Source: Candidatus Kapaibacterium sp.
GTDB lineage: Bacteria > Bacteroidota > Ignavibacteria > OLB7
Direction: 5' to 3'
Assembly: GCA_035549015.1 (NCBI GenBank)
Contig: DASZRW010000059.1
Coordinates: 265-64,264 of the forward strand
DNA: 64,000 nucleotides
The position numbers and the translations under genes are program-made. The notes under the pieces are model-generated. The model searched no databases. It saw only the letters and a list, made by a program, of their open reading frames with translations, and was not told the origin of the DNA. How positions within the stretch are numbered: position 1 is the stretch's first letter; each line of letters begins with the position of its first letter. Shown here piece by piece: positions 20,178-30,700 of the stretch.

Positions 20178-20347
20178 GCGATACTCCTTCGTGGTATGAA
20201 CGTTGATGGTGGGGGTCCGTTCTGCCGCTACGTGATCCGCCCGTTCAACGATCGCCACGCCCCGGCACGAGGCCGGGACGTGGATCGATCATTGCGAAGC
20301 GCACATGGGCGGTAACGTATCGGCGCTTCGAACCATGTCCGCGGTTG

Positions 20348-20581
20348 CTAGCTCAGGCAGCGGGTAATACAGCCGATGGCAGACGGACCCGCGCACGTTG
20401 CCCAGCAGCCCAGATTGGTGCCGCATGGCAGACACTTCAGCACGCCGATTCCGCAACCGAGAAGACATGTGATGTTGATCATTGCAGTGATGCTCTGTGC
20501 CTCACTGCGCGAGGTGGTACCGGCCTGTACACCGCTACCGTTGCGGACGCTGCGGTCCGCGGAAAACCGAGGCAACTTCAT
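20348..20581 (-). CDS. Cys-rich precursor-like peptide 2 (77 aa)
   Basis: AAGGAG RBS. Leader-like MKLPRFSADRSVRNG... N-terminus. C-terminal CLLGCGIGVLKCLPCGTNLGCWATCAGPSAIGCITRCLS has Cys spacing identical to peptide 1. Confidence 0.65.
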   Translation of the reverse strand: MKLPRFSADRSVRNGSGVQAGTTSRSEAQSITAMINITCLLGCGIGVLKCLPCGTNLGCWATCAGPSAIGCITRCLS

Positions 20582-20627
20582 GGCCTACTCCTTGGGTTTG
20601 ATTGAGTGTATGATGAGTGGGGGGGAT

Positions 20628-21641
20628 TTATCCGATGCCGTAGTATCTCTGGAATGGAGCGTTGATGAACGGGAACTGGCCGGTTACATCCACGCTGCAA
20701 TACCACTGCTGCACAAGTCCGGTTTGCAGGCCGGTGAAGGAGAAGATCACGTCGAGCACCTTGTTCTTTCCCTGCACGGCGGAAGGGGCTGTGCGGATGC
20801 CGGTCAGTGAGTACGGCTCCTGTGTCGGGAGCTCCGATGTCGGCTGGCTCTGAGAAGGATATCGGAGGTTGTAGACCTGGGCATATGCCGATATGTATTG
20901 CAGCACGACATAGTTGATGGCGCGCTGCGGGTCCGTGTTGCCGGCATTGATCGCGAACCCGAACACCTGCGCGAAGATCGGCAGGACATTCTGCGGAGTG
21001 CCGTTCGTCAACTCGGTGATGGCACTCAGATAGCTCTGGCTGGAGGCGATGTATACCTCCTTCGCCGTCAGAACGGGAAGCCCGCCGCCGACGCGACCAT
21101 CGTCCGGAAGAGCCGTGCCTTCGGTTCCGCGAACGATGCCCCAGATCAACGAGCCCACGTCCGAAAGCGTGGGATCGTACAGCAACGCCACCAGATTCTG
21201 CAGCTCGTAGTTCGATTGCGGGTGGATCACATATACATCCGTGTTCCCCTGCTGAAACAGCCACGTCATTTCACGAGCGATGTACAGATTGTCCGTCTGT
21301 TTCAGATACCGTGCCACCAACCAGTCGATGTTCCTGTCCTGATCGGACTCGTCCAGTGTTTGAAGGAACTCCTTCTCGAGGCTGAGTGATGGAAACCGAG
21401 CAGCGATGCCGCCTACCGAGAAGACGTTCACCGCCGGAGCTGCGGCCTGCGCGCCGCTGCCGGCCGTAGCGTTCGCTGCGGAGGTGCAGGAGCAGTACGG
21501 TGCGATCTCGGATTGCATCGCGTAGTGTGTGATCGCGGTCATGCCGAGGCCTGCCTGCCACTCGCCTGCAAGGCCGCGCGCCGGTGTGCTGCCTGCAATC
21601 GTGCGAAGACTGCCTCCGGCCGTGAGTTGTGGTAGATTCAT
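20628..21641 (-). CDS. Hypothetical protein, paralog A of an unknown two-member family
   Basis: Shares CxC, LYIARE..W, A[IL]NY[VI][VI]L.Y and the C-terminal W[YF]C.VDVTGQFPF motifs with 22684..23718. The start is set at MNLPQL. The ORF-track N-terminal extension is Arg/Ser low complexity. Confidence 0.6.
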   Translation of the reverse strand: MNLPQLTAGGSLRTIAGSTPARGLAGEWQAGLGMTAITHYAMQSEIAPYCSCTSAANATAGSGAQAAAPAVNVFSVGGIAARFPSLSLEKEFLQTLDESDQDRNIDWLVARYLKQTDNLYIAREMTWLFQQGNTDVYVIHPQSNYELQNLVALLYDPTLSDVGSLIWGIVRGTEGTALPDDGRVGGGLPVLTAKEVYIASSQSYLSAITELTNGTPQNVLPIFAQVFGFAINAGNTDPQRAINYVVLQYISAYAQVYNLRYPSQSQPTSELPTQEPYSLTGIRTAPSAVQGKNKVLDVIFSFTGLQTGLVQQWYCSVDVTGQFPFINAPFQRYYGIG

Positions 21642-21786
21642 GATTCTCTCCTGTATCGAGCGTTGATGTCGAGTTACGTTGTCGCGGAACCTTGCTGGCT
21701 GCGCATCGCGGAAGCGCACGCGAAGGCGCGCCGGCCTCGGGGCCTTTCTCCTGAGCGCCTGCCGACGGGCATGAATGGCCCCAGCC

Positions 21787-22647
21787 CTATGCCTGCTTCT
21801 CGGATGGCACAGCCTGCTGCTGATTTGAATGGCGGTAGCGGCTTGGCGGCACGGATGATGTCTGCTTCGCGATCGCGTTCGCTGTGGGATCGGTGCTGAT
21901 GAAGATCGGCTCCTGCGGAAGCGTGGAGATGTACCACTGGGGTTGTGACTTCTGGGAGCCGTTGCCCAGCCTGCCGTTGCTTGTGCCCGAGTAGTCGTAG
22001 GCGTGGTCGCCATAGCCCTCGTTCGCCCGCCAGTTGTGGCGCAGTCGCGCGACAACCGTTCCCTCGGCCGTTCGGATCGTGAAGTTGCCGGAGAAGTCGA
22101 AGTAGTTCAGGCGGCTGAGATCCTCCTGCCGTATGATGCCCTGCCAGATGCGGACATATCCCAGCGAACCCCTGAAGTAGTTGGTGATGGTTGCGCAACT
22201 GCGGGTCTCCTTCCATGCGCCAAGGAGGGCAGGCCCCACGATGAACGGCTTGGACGTCGCAAGCGGCTTCGTCTCTCCGGGAACCGCGGCATTCACATAG
22301 AGCGTTGCAGCTGCCCCGTCCATCGTGATCGCGACATAGTACCAGGTGCCTGGGGTGAACGTCTCCGTGAACGTGAGCGTCGTTGGGCTGCCTCCATCCA
22401 CCGTCAGCTCGAGGTTGCTGCCGTTGAGCCCGATGCGGAAGCTTCCGGCGCCGCTTTCGCCGTCGTCGGCAAACAGCGACTGCTTTCCTTCGAGACGTTC
22501 GGCATAGAACCAGATCTCCACCGTGATCCTGTCGATCGCTTCGGCTTCCGGAATCTCCACGAGGCTCTTCTCGCCATCATAGCGGAGCACGGAAACTCCC
22601 AGCGGGGCATAGCGCGGAATTGTTATGGACATAGTCATCTCTCCCAT
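21787..22647 (-). CDS. Concanavalin-A-like / LamG-fold domain protein
   Basis: VEIWFYAERLEGKQSLFADDG...FRIGLNGSNLELTVDGG...GTWYYVAITMDG...TLYVNA resembles the LamG/jelly-roll lectin fold. Confidence 0.6.
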   Translation of the reverse strand: MGEMTMSITIPRYAPLGVSVLRYDGEKSLVEIPEAEAIDRITVEIWFYAERLEGKQSLFADDGESGAGSFRIGLNGSNLELTVDGGSPTTLTFTETFTPGTWYYVAITMDGAAATLYVNAAVPGETKPLATSKPFIVGPALLGAWKETRSCATITNYFRGSLGYVRIWQGIIRQEDLSRLNYFDFSGNFTIRTAEGTVVARLRHNWRANEGYGDHAYDYSGTSNGRLGNGSQKSQPQWYISTLPQEPIFISTDPTANAIAKQTSSVPPSRYRHSNQQQAVPSEKQA

Positions 22648-22683
22648 GTATTGAGTTCGTTATGCACGTGATGGTGTTGGCTG

Positions 22684-23718
22684 TTATGGATGTGGGTAGT
22701 ACCGGGCAAGCGGCCGTACCAGGAACGGGAACTGCCCGGTGACGTCCACCTTGCAGAACCAGTACACCGGCTCTCCCGTCTCGCGGTACTCGTAGTGGAA
22801 GATCACGTCCACGATCCTGCGTACGCCCTGTACGTTCGCGCCGTGCACGGAGACTTCCACCAGCGAGCAGGAGCGGTAGGGATCGATCGGTATGGCGCCG
22901 TCTGCGGCCGAGGACTGAACCGAGACAACGCCCCGGAGCATGTTCACCGCCATCTGATACAGATCCGGATAGCGCAGGATGATGTAGTTCAGTGCACGAT
23001 GCTCGTCGGTCTCGCCGGCGTTGTCGCCCAGATCGAGGAACTGCTCGAAGATGTACTTGGCCGTGGTGGTGTCGGTTCCCGTGCGCTCGGCGATTGCGGC
23101 TACGAATGCCGTCTCGGTGAAGCTGTAGATGTGATTGGCAACCACCAGCGGAAGCTGCAGTCCTGCGCAATAGTCCACCGGCGCGATCGGTCCGCGCGGG
23201 CCGATGATCACATCGAAGCGGCGGTCAGAGGTGCTGATCGGTTCCAGCCCGGAAACCATGTCGTACAGTTCCACATAGGAGCGCGGCTTTACGATGTAGG
23301 CGTCCACACTGGCGCCGGAGTTGGAGCCGTCGATCTGCAATACCCAGCAGACCTCGCGGGCGATATAGAGATACTGCCCCTGGCTCAGAACCTCGTACGG
23401 AAGCTCACCGTTGGGGAGCCAGTTGCGGAGCGAGGAGACGGCGAAACCGAATTCCTTGGAGAGTCCCGGTGTTGGCTCCACCGTCCGGAGCGATCCGATG
23501 GCATAGATGAATCCCGGTGCGGCCGGTGCCGCCTCCGCTGCTGCGCCATTGTTGCCGCCGCAGGCACAATCGTGCGGAACGATCGTTACCACTGGCTGCG
23601 CGGACTGTGCGATGGTTGCAAGCGATGTGGATGCCGGCGCCGCATGCGAAGGGGCAAGCACGGCCAGCGACTCCAACTGCGATGTTCCGGCCTCGTGCAG
23701 GACAGGTGTTTCTTCCAT
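22684..23718 (-). CDS. Hypothetical protein, paralog B of the unknown family
   Basis: Homologous to 20628..21641 across the whole length. C-terminus WFCKVDVTGQFPFLVRPLARYY. Confidence 0.6.
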   Translation of the reverse strand: MEETPVLHEAGTSQLESLAVLAPSHAAPASTSLATIAQSAQPVVTIVPHDCACGGNNGAAAEAAPAAPGFIYAIGSLRTVEPTPGLSKEFGFAVSSLRNWLPNGELPYEVLSQGQYLYIAREVCWVLQIDGSNSGASVDAYIVKPRSYVELYDMVSGLEPISTSDRRFDVIIGPRGPIAPVDYCAGLQLPLVVANHIYSFTETAFVAAIAERTGTDTTTAKYIFEQFLDLGDNAGETDEHRALNYIILRYPDLYQMAVNMLRGVVSVQSSAADGAIPIDPYRSCSLVEVSVHGANVQGVRRIVDVIFHYEYRETGEPVYWFCKVDVTGQFPFLVRPLARYYPHP

Positions 23719-23777
23719 GATGGTTATCCTCTCGGTCTAGGTGTATGTGTTGTTCCGCGCCGTGGGCGCAGGAGTGA

Positions 23778-24743
23778 TTACAGCGATTGCAGTGCCGCGA
23801 GGCTCGCGGCCGCGTTCAGCGTTGGCGGAACGATGCTGCGGCGGCGTATGCCGGGAATCAGCAGAGCCCGGCGTATCGTGGCGGCCGTTGCCGATGGCTT
23901 CACCGACCACAGAAGCGCCGCGGTTGCGGTTACGAAGGGAGCCGCCACGCTGGTGCCGCTCATCGTGGTGTACCCCTGTCCGGGAACCGTACTGAGCACG
24001 CCGGTGCCGGGTGCCGCAAGCCCGCGCCGTCCGATCCAGGCGCCGAGGTTGCTCTGGCGCAGGAGCGATCCGCCGGCGTCGCACGCCGCCACCGGCACCA
24101 GCCAGGGATGGTCGAACAGATCCGCCCGTCCGATTCGCCCGTGATTTCCCGCGGCAACAACGATCAGCACGCCGCTGCTGCGGGCGCGGTTGAAGGCGGC
24201 TGTGAGTGTCGGACTCTCTTCGATGGCGGTGCTGTTGGCGCCGAGGCTGAGGTTGATGATCGCGGCTCCTGCGTCGATCGTGTCGTGGAGCGCTTCGGCG
24301 AGATCGGTGGGACGGACGGCGGGACATTGGCGGGGATCGGGGGCTTCGCAGAAGATCGTTCGCACCAGCATCGTACAGCCGGGAGCGATCGCCGGGGCCT
24401 GCGATCCGCGTTGCGCGCCGATGATGCCCGCAACGAACGTTCCATGCATGCAGGCGAAACTGCTCGGTGCCGTACAACCCGCCGGTGTGGCGGTTCCAAC
24501 GGGCGATATCCTCGTCTCGCGCAGATCGGGATGTCCGGTGTCCACCGGGCCGTCGATGATGCCTACCACGATCTCCGGTCGCCCCTCGGTGAGCGATGTC
24601 AACGAATCCAGTGCAATGATGCCGGGTAACGACGCCATGATGTGTTCGCTTCCGTTTGCGCACGGCACGGCCATTGCGTGCAGCGCGCATGATTGAATGA
24701 TGTTGATGTTCGGGGGTTGGGATGGTGCCGACGGGGAATGCAC
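23778..24743 (-). CDS. Subtilisin-like serine peptidase (S8 family), apparently leaderless
   Basis: Catalytic Asp (VGIIDGPVD), His (HGTFVAGII) and Ser (GTSVAAP) motifs in the canonical order. No obvious signal peptide. ~300 aa. Confidence 0.85.
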   Translation of the reverse strand: MHSPSAPSQPPNINIIQSCALHAMAVPCANGSEHIMASLPGIIALDSLTSLTEGRPEIVVGIIDGPVDTGHPDLRETRISPVGTATPAGCTAPSSFACMHGTFVAGIIGAQRGSQAPAIAPGCTMLVRTIFCEAPDPRQCPAVRPTDLAEALHDTIDAGAAIINLSLGANSTAIEESPTLTAAFNRARSSGVLIVVAAGNHGRIGRADLFDHPWLVPVAACDAGGSLLRQSNLGAWIGRRGLAAPGTGVLSTVPGQGYTTMSGTSVAAPFVTATAALLWSVKPSATAATIRRALLIPGIRRRSIVPPTLNAAASLAALQSL

Positions 24744-24959
24744 CTCTGCTCAGCGTTGCCGGCCGGGGAAGCCGCGTCCGTTGAACGGCTGCAAAGTTCG
24801 GACCGATGCACCCGGCACGCGTTACTGAATTCGTACGTAGCCGTATGCACTCTGCATTCCCTTTCAGCGCATGCCGGCCCGGTATGCATGGCCGGCCGGC
24901 CGCTCCGGGCAGGCGCGGCGGGGAGGCGTGGACGAGTCAAGCGATGGTGGTATCAGATA

Positions 24960-26681
24960 TTACGTAGGCCGGGCTCCGTGAAGGCCGGCGAGGAATGTGG
25001 TGAGGTTCATCCTCGGGCTCAGGCCAAGCTTCCTGCGGATGTTGTGGCGGTGCGTATGAACGGTGCGCACCGATGTGAACAGGAGGTTCGCGATTTCCCT
25101 GGTGGAGAGGTTGATGCGGGTGAGCGAGCAGATGCGAAGCTCCGTTGGCGTCAGCGCCGGCCATTGCTGCGAGAGATGCTGCAGGAAATCCTGATGCGGC
25201 GTATCCAGCTGTCCCTCGAATGCAAGCCAGTCGCTTTCTCCCCCGGAGGCGTGGCGCAGCTCGGCGATCATCCTCTCCACGGAATCATCTCCGCTTCCTT
25301 CCTGATTCCCGGCCCGTGCCGCCCGTGTGGTGTGCTGCAGTTTCTGCAGGCGCCGCTCCAGCGTTTCAAGCAGCTCGTTCTTCTGAACCAGGCGCAGGGA
25401 CATCGCAGCGATCTCGCTCTGCCGCGCGCGCGCCTCGGCCTCCAACGTCTCGGCGCGCAGACGGTAGGCCTCCCGCTCGCGGTCCGAACGTTCCAGATCG
25501 AATCGTACCTGCAACTCCGCCAGAGCGCGTTGCTTCTCGACGCCGGCCAGCTCCTCGCGCAGCGCTCCATGGAGCCTGCAATGTTCCAGCGCGCGCTCGC
25601 TGCGCCCAAGCCGGTGATACAGCGCCGAGAGCGCGGCATGCGCTTCCGCCTGTTGCTGAAGCGCGCCGGTTGCTCGTGCCAGGCCCAGCACCTGATCGAA
25701 AATGAAGAGCGCGCGATCGTATTCTCCGATGCCGGCATGCAGCCGGCCAAGCGCCAGAAGAATGCGAACGCGCAGAGCGTCATCGGAGCCGTCGCGCAAC
25801 GAGGCATAGGCGCGCATCGCCATCGCGAGCGCCGCGGCGGGTTCTCCCATCTGTTCGTGAATCTCGCTTATCAGGATCATCACGGCGCAGGCGCTCTGCG
25901 CGTCGTTCAACATGTCGTAAATTGTCAGCGCACGTAGTGCATGGTCGATCGCGCGCCGAGGCTCGCCGCGCCAGAGGTCGATCTCCGCCATGCGCGTACG
26001 CGCCTCAATTTCCCCCAACCGATTCCCCGTCTCCCGACATAGAACGATGCTGCGTTCCAGCGCCTCGATTGCGCCCGGTGCGTCGTGTGTGCGCATGTGG
26101 AGCGCAGCCAGCGATGCAAGGATGCGTGCGGCCGCATGGCGATCGCCCTGCATCTCCTGCAGAGCAAGGCTTTCCAGGTAGCGCTCCATCGCCTGTGCGT
26201 AATCGCCGATCGATGCGTACAGGTCGCCCAGCGATTCGAGCGCGGCGGCGCGGGTCGCCGGGGCCTGGCTGCCGGCCTCCTCCAGCGCCGTGTGGTACCA
26301 TCGATGGGCCTGCGTGCGATCGCCCGCGCCCGTGAACGCCTGCGCAGCGGCAAGGGCGCAGGAGGATGCGCTGTCGTGCCGTTGAAGCTCGGAGAATATT
26401 CCATGTGCCTCGCGGAGATCCTCCAGTGCCGCGGTATGCTGCTCCAGCCGTTGCAACGCGCAGCCGCGTAGATACAGCAGCATTGCGGAGGAGGCGATAT
26501 TCCGCAGGCGTACGGAGATCGCGTACCCTTCGGATGCCAGGCCGGCTGCATACGATGGCTGCTCGCGGACGAGAGCCGGGAGCGATGCCAGGATCAACTC
26601 CAGCTTCCGCGCGGCATCGCTCGTCATCAGCAGGCGTTGCTCGATCTGCCCGGTATCCGTGGTTCCCATTTCGATCTGCAT
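24960..26681 (-). CDS. TPR-repeat transcriptional regulator with C-terminal LuxR-type HTH (paralog 2)
   Basis: Same architecture as paralog 1. C-terminal LTPTELRICSLTRINLSTREIANLLFTSVRTVHTHRHNIRRKL. The start is inferred at MQIEMGTTD. Confidence 0.85.
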   Translation of the reverse strand: MQIEMGTTDTGQIEQRLLMTSDAARKLELILASLPALVREQPSYAAGLASEGYAISVRLRNIASSAMLLYLRGCALQRLEQHTAALEDLREAHGIFSELQRHDSASSCALAAAQAFTGAGDRTQAHRWYHTALEEAGSQAPATRAAALESLGDLYASIGDYAQAMERYLESLALQEMQGDRHAAARILASLAALHMRTHDAPGAIEALERSIVLCRETGNRLGEIEARTRMAEIDLWRGEPRRAIDHALRALTIYDMLNDAQSACAVMILISEIHEQMGEPAAALAMAMRAYASLRDGSDDALRVRILLALGRLHAGIGEYDRALFIFDQVLGLARATGALQQQAEAHAALSALYHRLGRSERALEHCRLHGALREELAGVEKQRALAELQVRFDLERSDREREAYRLRAETLEAEARARQSEIAAMSLRLVQKNELLETLERRLQKLQHTTRAARAGNQEGSGDDSVERMIAELRHASGGESDWLAFEGQLDTPHQDFLQHLSQQWPALTPTELRICSLTRINLSTREIANLLFTSVRTVHTHRHNIRRKLGLSPRMNLTTFLAGLHGARPT

Positions 26682-26806
26682 GGCGGAAATCGTTTCGGTT
26701 GCAGACTCCGGTACCGCGCGTGTTCGTGCCGATGGTCCGGACACGAGGCGCGGCGATGCCGGAGCCTGTTGATGTTCGTTCAACTCATTCCCAGGAGCGT
26801 TGCGCT

Positions 26807-27268
26807 ATGGATTCCCCATCCACACCGGCCGGCTCTGTTGCCCGGTCGGTTATCGATTTCAAGCTCCCGGTGGCGAAGAACCAGCAGGCGTTGGTGCTGG
26901 TTCGGTTCACCGGGACGTTGGCGAAGTGGGTCTCCGTGTACTTCCCGAACCGCATCAAGGTGGTGTCCAGTTGCGAAGCCGGCACCACCGCCGTGCCCAT
27001 CGTGCTGGACAATCACGGCGAGGAGCCGATGGATCTGCAGCTCGTGCCGGAATGCAGCGAGAAGGAGTGTCCCGATCAGAATCCCTCCGCGCAGCTGAAC
27101 GTGATTCTCCAGTACGAATCGTCCAGCCCGATGCGCCACTGGCTGCTCTCCGCATCGGAGATATCGGAATCCGATACGATCTCCATCACCATCATCGTGC
27201 AACCCGGCATCATCATCGACCCCGGAAGCGGAGATGCAGTACGTATTCCGGCCCGCACCATGCCGTGA
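26807..27268 (+). CDS. Small protein, paralogous family member (S2a)
   Basis: 153 aa. ATG preceded by a GGAG-like RBS. C-terminal ISITIIVQPGIII motif. Confidence 0.5.
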   Translation: MDSPSTPAGSVARSVIDFKLPVAKNQQALVLVRFTGTLAKWVSVYFPNRIKVVSSCEAGTTAVPIVLDNHGEEPMDLQLVPECSEKECPDQNPSAQLNVILQYESSSPMRHWLLSASEISESDTISITIIVQPGIIIDPGSGDAVRIPARTMP

Positions 27269-27357
27269 TTCGAACTCCACATGTCCGGGAACGGCACGGC
27301 AGCCGTTCCGCGCTCGATAAATTCAACCGAACCAACAATCGAATTCCGAGGTATCTC

Positions 27358-27765
27358 ATGCTGCAATCCGACAATCCAGCCTTCCCCGCTGCTCTGCCTG
27401 TTCCAACGTTCCCCATGGTAGGGACGTCGGACGCCAATCTGATCTGTCTTGTCCATGTCGCGTTTCTGGGGCCTACTGAAAAGGTCGTCACCTTCACTCT
27501 CGTCGGTCGCAGCGCCCCCTGGATCACCGTGAACTCCGGCGATGGTCCGTTCTGGAGCCGCATATTCCAGCCGAAGGACGGGCTGAGCCTGATAGGGGTG
27601 CCCGATGTGGCGAACTGCGCGTGGTGGTCGCCGCTCGGTGCCTGCGCCGGCAGCATATACTCCGCCTTCACCTACGGATATTCGCTCAACACCGGCATCG
27701 ATCAGGATGCCGTGCTGATCACCATTATCGTGCAGCCGGGAATCATCGCTCCCATTCCACTGTAG
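27358..27765 (+). CDS. Small protein, paralogous family member (S2b)
   Basis: 135 aa. C-terminal VLITIIVQPGIIAPIPL motif. Confidence 0.5.
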   Translation: MLQSDNPAFPAALPVPTFPMVGTSDANLICLVHVAFLGPTEKVVTFTLVGRSAPWITVNSGDGPFWSRIFQPKDGLSLIGVPDVANCAWWSPLGACAGSIYSAFTYGYSLNTGIDQDAVLITIIVQPGIIAPIPL

Positions 27766-27786
27766 CCGGCGCTCGATGGCGTCGTG

Positions 27787-30700
27787 TTACAGTGCGAACT
27801 CCATCCGGTACGCCAGTTGTGCCTGGATCTCGTTGCAGATCGCATGCAGGGAGATGATGTCCGGATGGGTTGCGCCCAGGTGCGCCTCGTGAATCGGAAT
27901 GGCCCGGCTGTAGATCTCGAACGCCTCGCCCAGACGTCCCTGCATGCGCAGCGCCCCGGCCAGGCGGGTAGCGCTGCCGGCCGTTTCCAATGCGTCCGCT
28001 CCGAACAGATCGCGGCGGATAACATACGCGCGCCGCAGCAGCTGCTCCCCCTCCTCCAGCTCGCCGCTGTCGCGCAGCATCATGCCGAAGCTGGTCAGGA
28101 AGAGAGCGGTCCTTGGATGCCGTGCGCCGAGAATCCGCTCGGCGCACGCAAGCGCATGCCGGTAGTGCACGGCTGCTGCGGAGGTATTGCCCATCTGTTG
28201 AAGCGCGAATCCCAGGTTCACCCGGTTCGATGCCGTCTCCAGATGTCCCTCTCCCAGCAGGCAGCCGTTCACCGCAAGGGCGCGTTCGAAGTACATGGCT
28301 GCCTCGGCGAAGTCCCCGCGAGCCACCCGCATCGCGCCGAGATTGTTCACGATCATCGCAACCGCAGCCTCGTCCGCGTCGTTGGCGAGGCAGAGCGCCT
28401 CCAGCAGGTGGATGTCCGCCTCCGCATGGTCCCCGCATGCATGGTACATCGCACCCAGCGCGGCCAGATTGCGTGCACGGTGCTTCGCATCCATTCCAGA
28501 CGCAGCTTCGCGCAGGCGCAGCGCGCGTTCGGAGACGCGGATCGCCCGCTCCCACTCTCCCGTGTGATAGAGCAGCGTTGCGTACGAATCCAGTGCCGGG
28601 AGCATCGTGGGGTTGTCCTCACCGTGAGCAGCGCCGCGCTCCTCCAGTGCCGTGCGGCACAGGTGCTCCGCCTCGGCGTAGTGCCCGGCGTGAAGCAGAA
28701 GGCCGGCAATGGCCTCGCGTGCTGCGACGAGATCCAGCGAAGGGTTCGCTTCCAGCTGGCAGGCCTGCATCGCAGTGCGATACGTTTCCACCATGCCGTA
28801 CCGATTCTCCAGCGCCCTCCAGTATTGCAGCAGTTCGTACGGGTCGCCGTCGGCAAGCAGCATCGATGCCGTCCGGATATCCGCGATGGCGGTGTGAAGC
28901 TTCCGCCATGCGCCGGCATGCATTGCCTGCCACGGTATCTCCTCCACGTGGCGGCGTGCAATGGGCTGGGATGCAAACCAGTCCGCGATCCGCTCGCGGA
29001 TCTCCGGGATGCGTCCGGGGCGTTCCACCAGATAGCGCCGCTCCACGGCTCTGCGGAATCCGTCGTGGTGGAAGCGGAACAGTCCCTCGTGGCCGATCAG
29101 ATGGCAGCCGAGCGACGCCAGCACCTCCTCCGTCTCCCCTTCGTCCAACAGGCCGATCGCCGCGATCTCCTGCCGCGCAAGGCCGCGGCGGGCCGCCCAT
29201 AGCAGGGTGAGCACCGTGCGCATCCGTGCCACGCCATGCCGGCCTTCCAGTTGTTCCAGTACGCGATCGAACAGCTCCGGCAGCGTCTCCGCCGCGAGAA
29301 GGCGATTCAGGAGAGCCGGTTCATCTGCGCCGGAAGCGGTTGCGTTCAGCCTCTCCAGTTGCGTTCTCAGATAGAGGGGGTTGCCTCCTGCCGTCCCCGC
29401 CCCGATGCGTGCGTACCAGTCGCCGTAGCGTGCCTCCCCGAACTCGCGAACGTATCGGGTTATCAGGTCGCGCCGTTGCTTCTGCGTAAGCTGCACCATG
29501 CGAAGCTCCGGCCAGGCTCGCGCGTGCAACGCCGCCAACGGTTCGGTATCGGTGGTGGAGACGATCAGCAGCACATGCGGCGGAATATGTTCAGGAAGCC
29601 AGGAGAGATCCCGGGAAGCTTCGTCGAGCTGATCGAGGCCGTCCACCACCAGCACCAGGTTCTCATGTTGAAGATGTCCCAGCCAGAGCGGAAACGCCTC
29701 ACGAATGCCGGCGGCATCCGTTGGGAGCGGATCGTCCACGCCGAGGCGTTCCCGTATCTCCGCCATGATGTGGCGCAGCACCGTGGCGCCGTCGTTGCCG
29801 GCGGATGCGGCCGCCACGTGATGCTGCACGATGAAGAGGTGGGGATGCTCGCTCCTGATCCGTTCGCACCAGTATGCCAGGAGTGCGCTCTTTCCCGCGC
29901 CCGATTCACCGGACACCACCAGCCCGGCATTGCGCTCCGGCTCGTCCCTCTCCGCAGCCGCCGTTCCGGGCTGGTTGTTCAGGAAATCGTCCAGGCGCTC
30001 CAGGTATCCCGGAATCTCCATGTAGGCATGCGTGCGCGAACGCGCGAACGATCGGTGCATCCGGCGCTCCGCATCGAGAGGCGAGCCGGTGGCAGCGGGA
30101 AAGAGGCGGTTGATCAGGTCCATCAGGTCGCGGCGAACGAGGTCGAGCAACTGCTCCCGCGTATGCACTGTGTGGTGCAGCGTCTGCCCGCTGGATCGGA
30201 TCATGTCCAGGATGCGCTCGCGTGCGGCGGCCGCAACGTTGCGCCGGCGCCGCGGCATCGCATCGTAGTACGACATTTCCTTCTCCGCCTGCGTACCGGA
30301 GACCGATGGAGGGGGTGCGGTGGCGTAGGCCTCCGGATGTTCCGGAGCCGGGTCATAGGGGAAGAACAACATCCTTCCGGCGAGCGCCGGGTTCCGGAGC
30401 GCGCCTGCGAGCGCCTCCATCGAAAGAAGGAACGGTGAGCCGGCAGTCCCTGCGCTGCGCCAGCGATACGGGTCGGTGCGGGCATCGCGGCCATCTGCGG
30501 CAGGGGGGCCCTCTACCGCCGGGTTGCTTCCAACGATCACCAGCACATAGATCCGCTGCCCGGTGTGCGCTGCAGGGGGGTGGTTGAAGATCGTCTCACC
30601 GTATGCCCCGGCTGTATCTGTGCCTGCAAGCTCGCACGTGGCGATATCTCCGCCGCGCGCGCGGCAGATGCCGCTCAGCTCCGGCAGCAGCGCCTGAGCC

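Noticed and set aside
20628-22055. Full 475-aa ORF-track call for paralog A, with its first ~138 aa Arg/Ser/Thr-rich.
   Set aside because: The N-terminal extension overlaps the LamG gene and is low complexity. Homology to paralog B begins near MNLPQL, so the start was moved to 21641.
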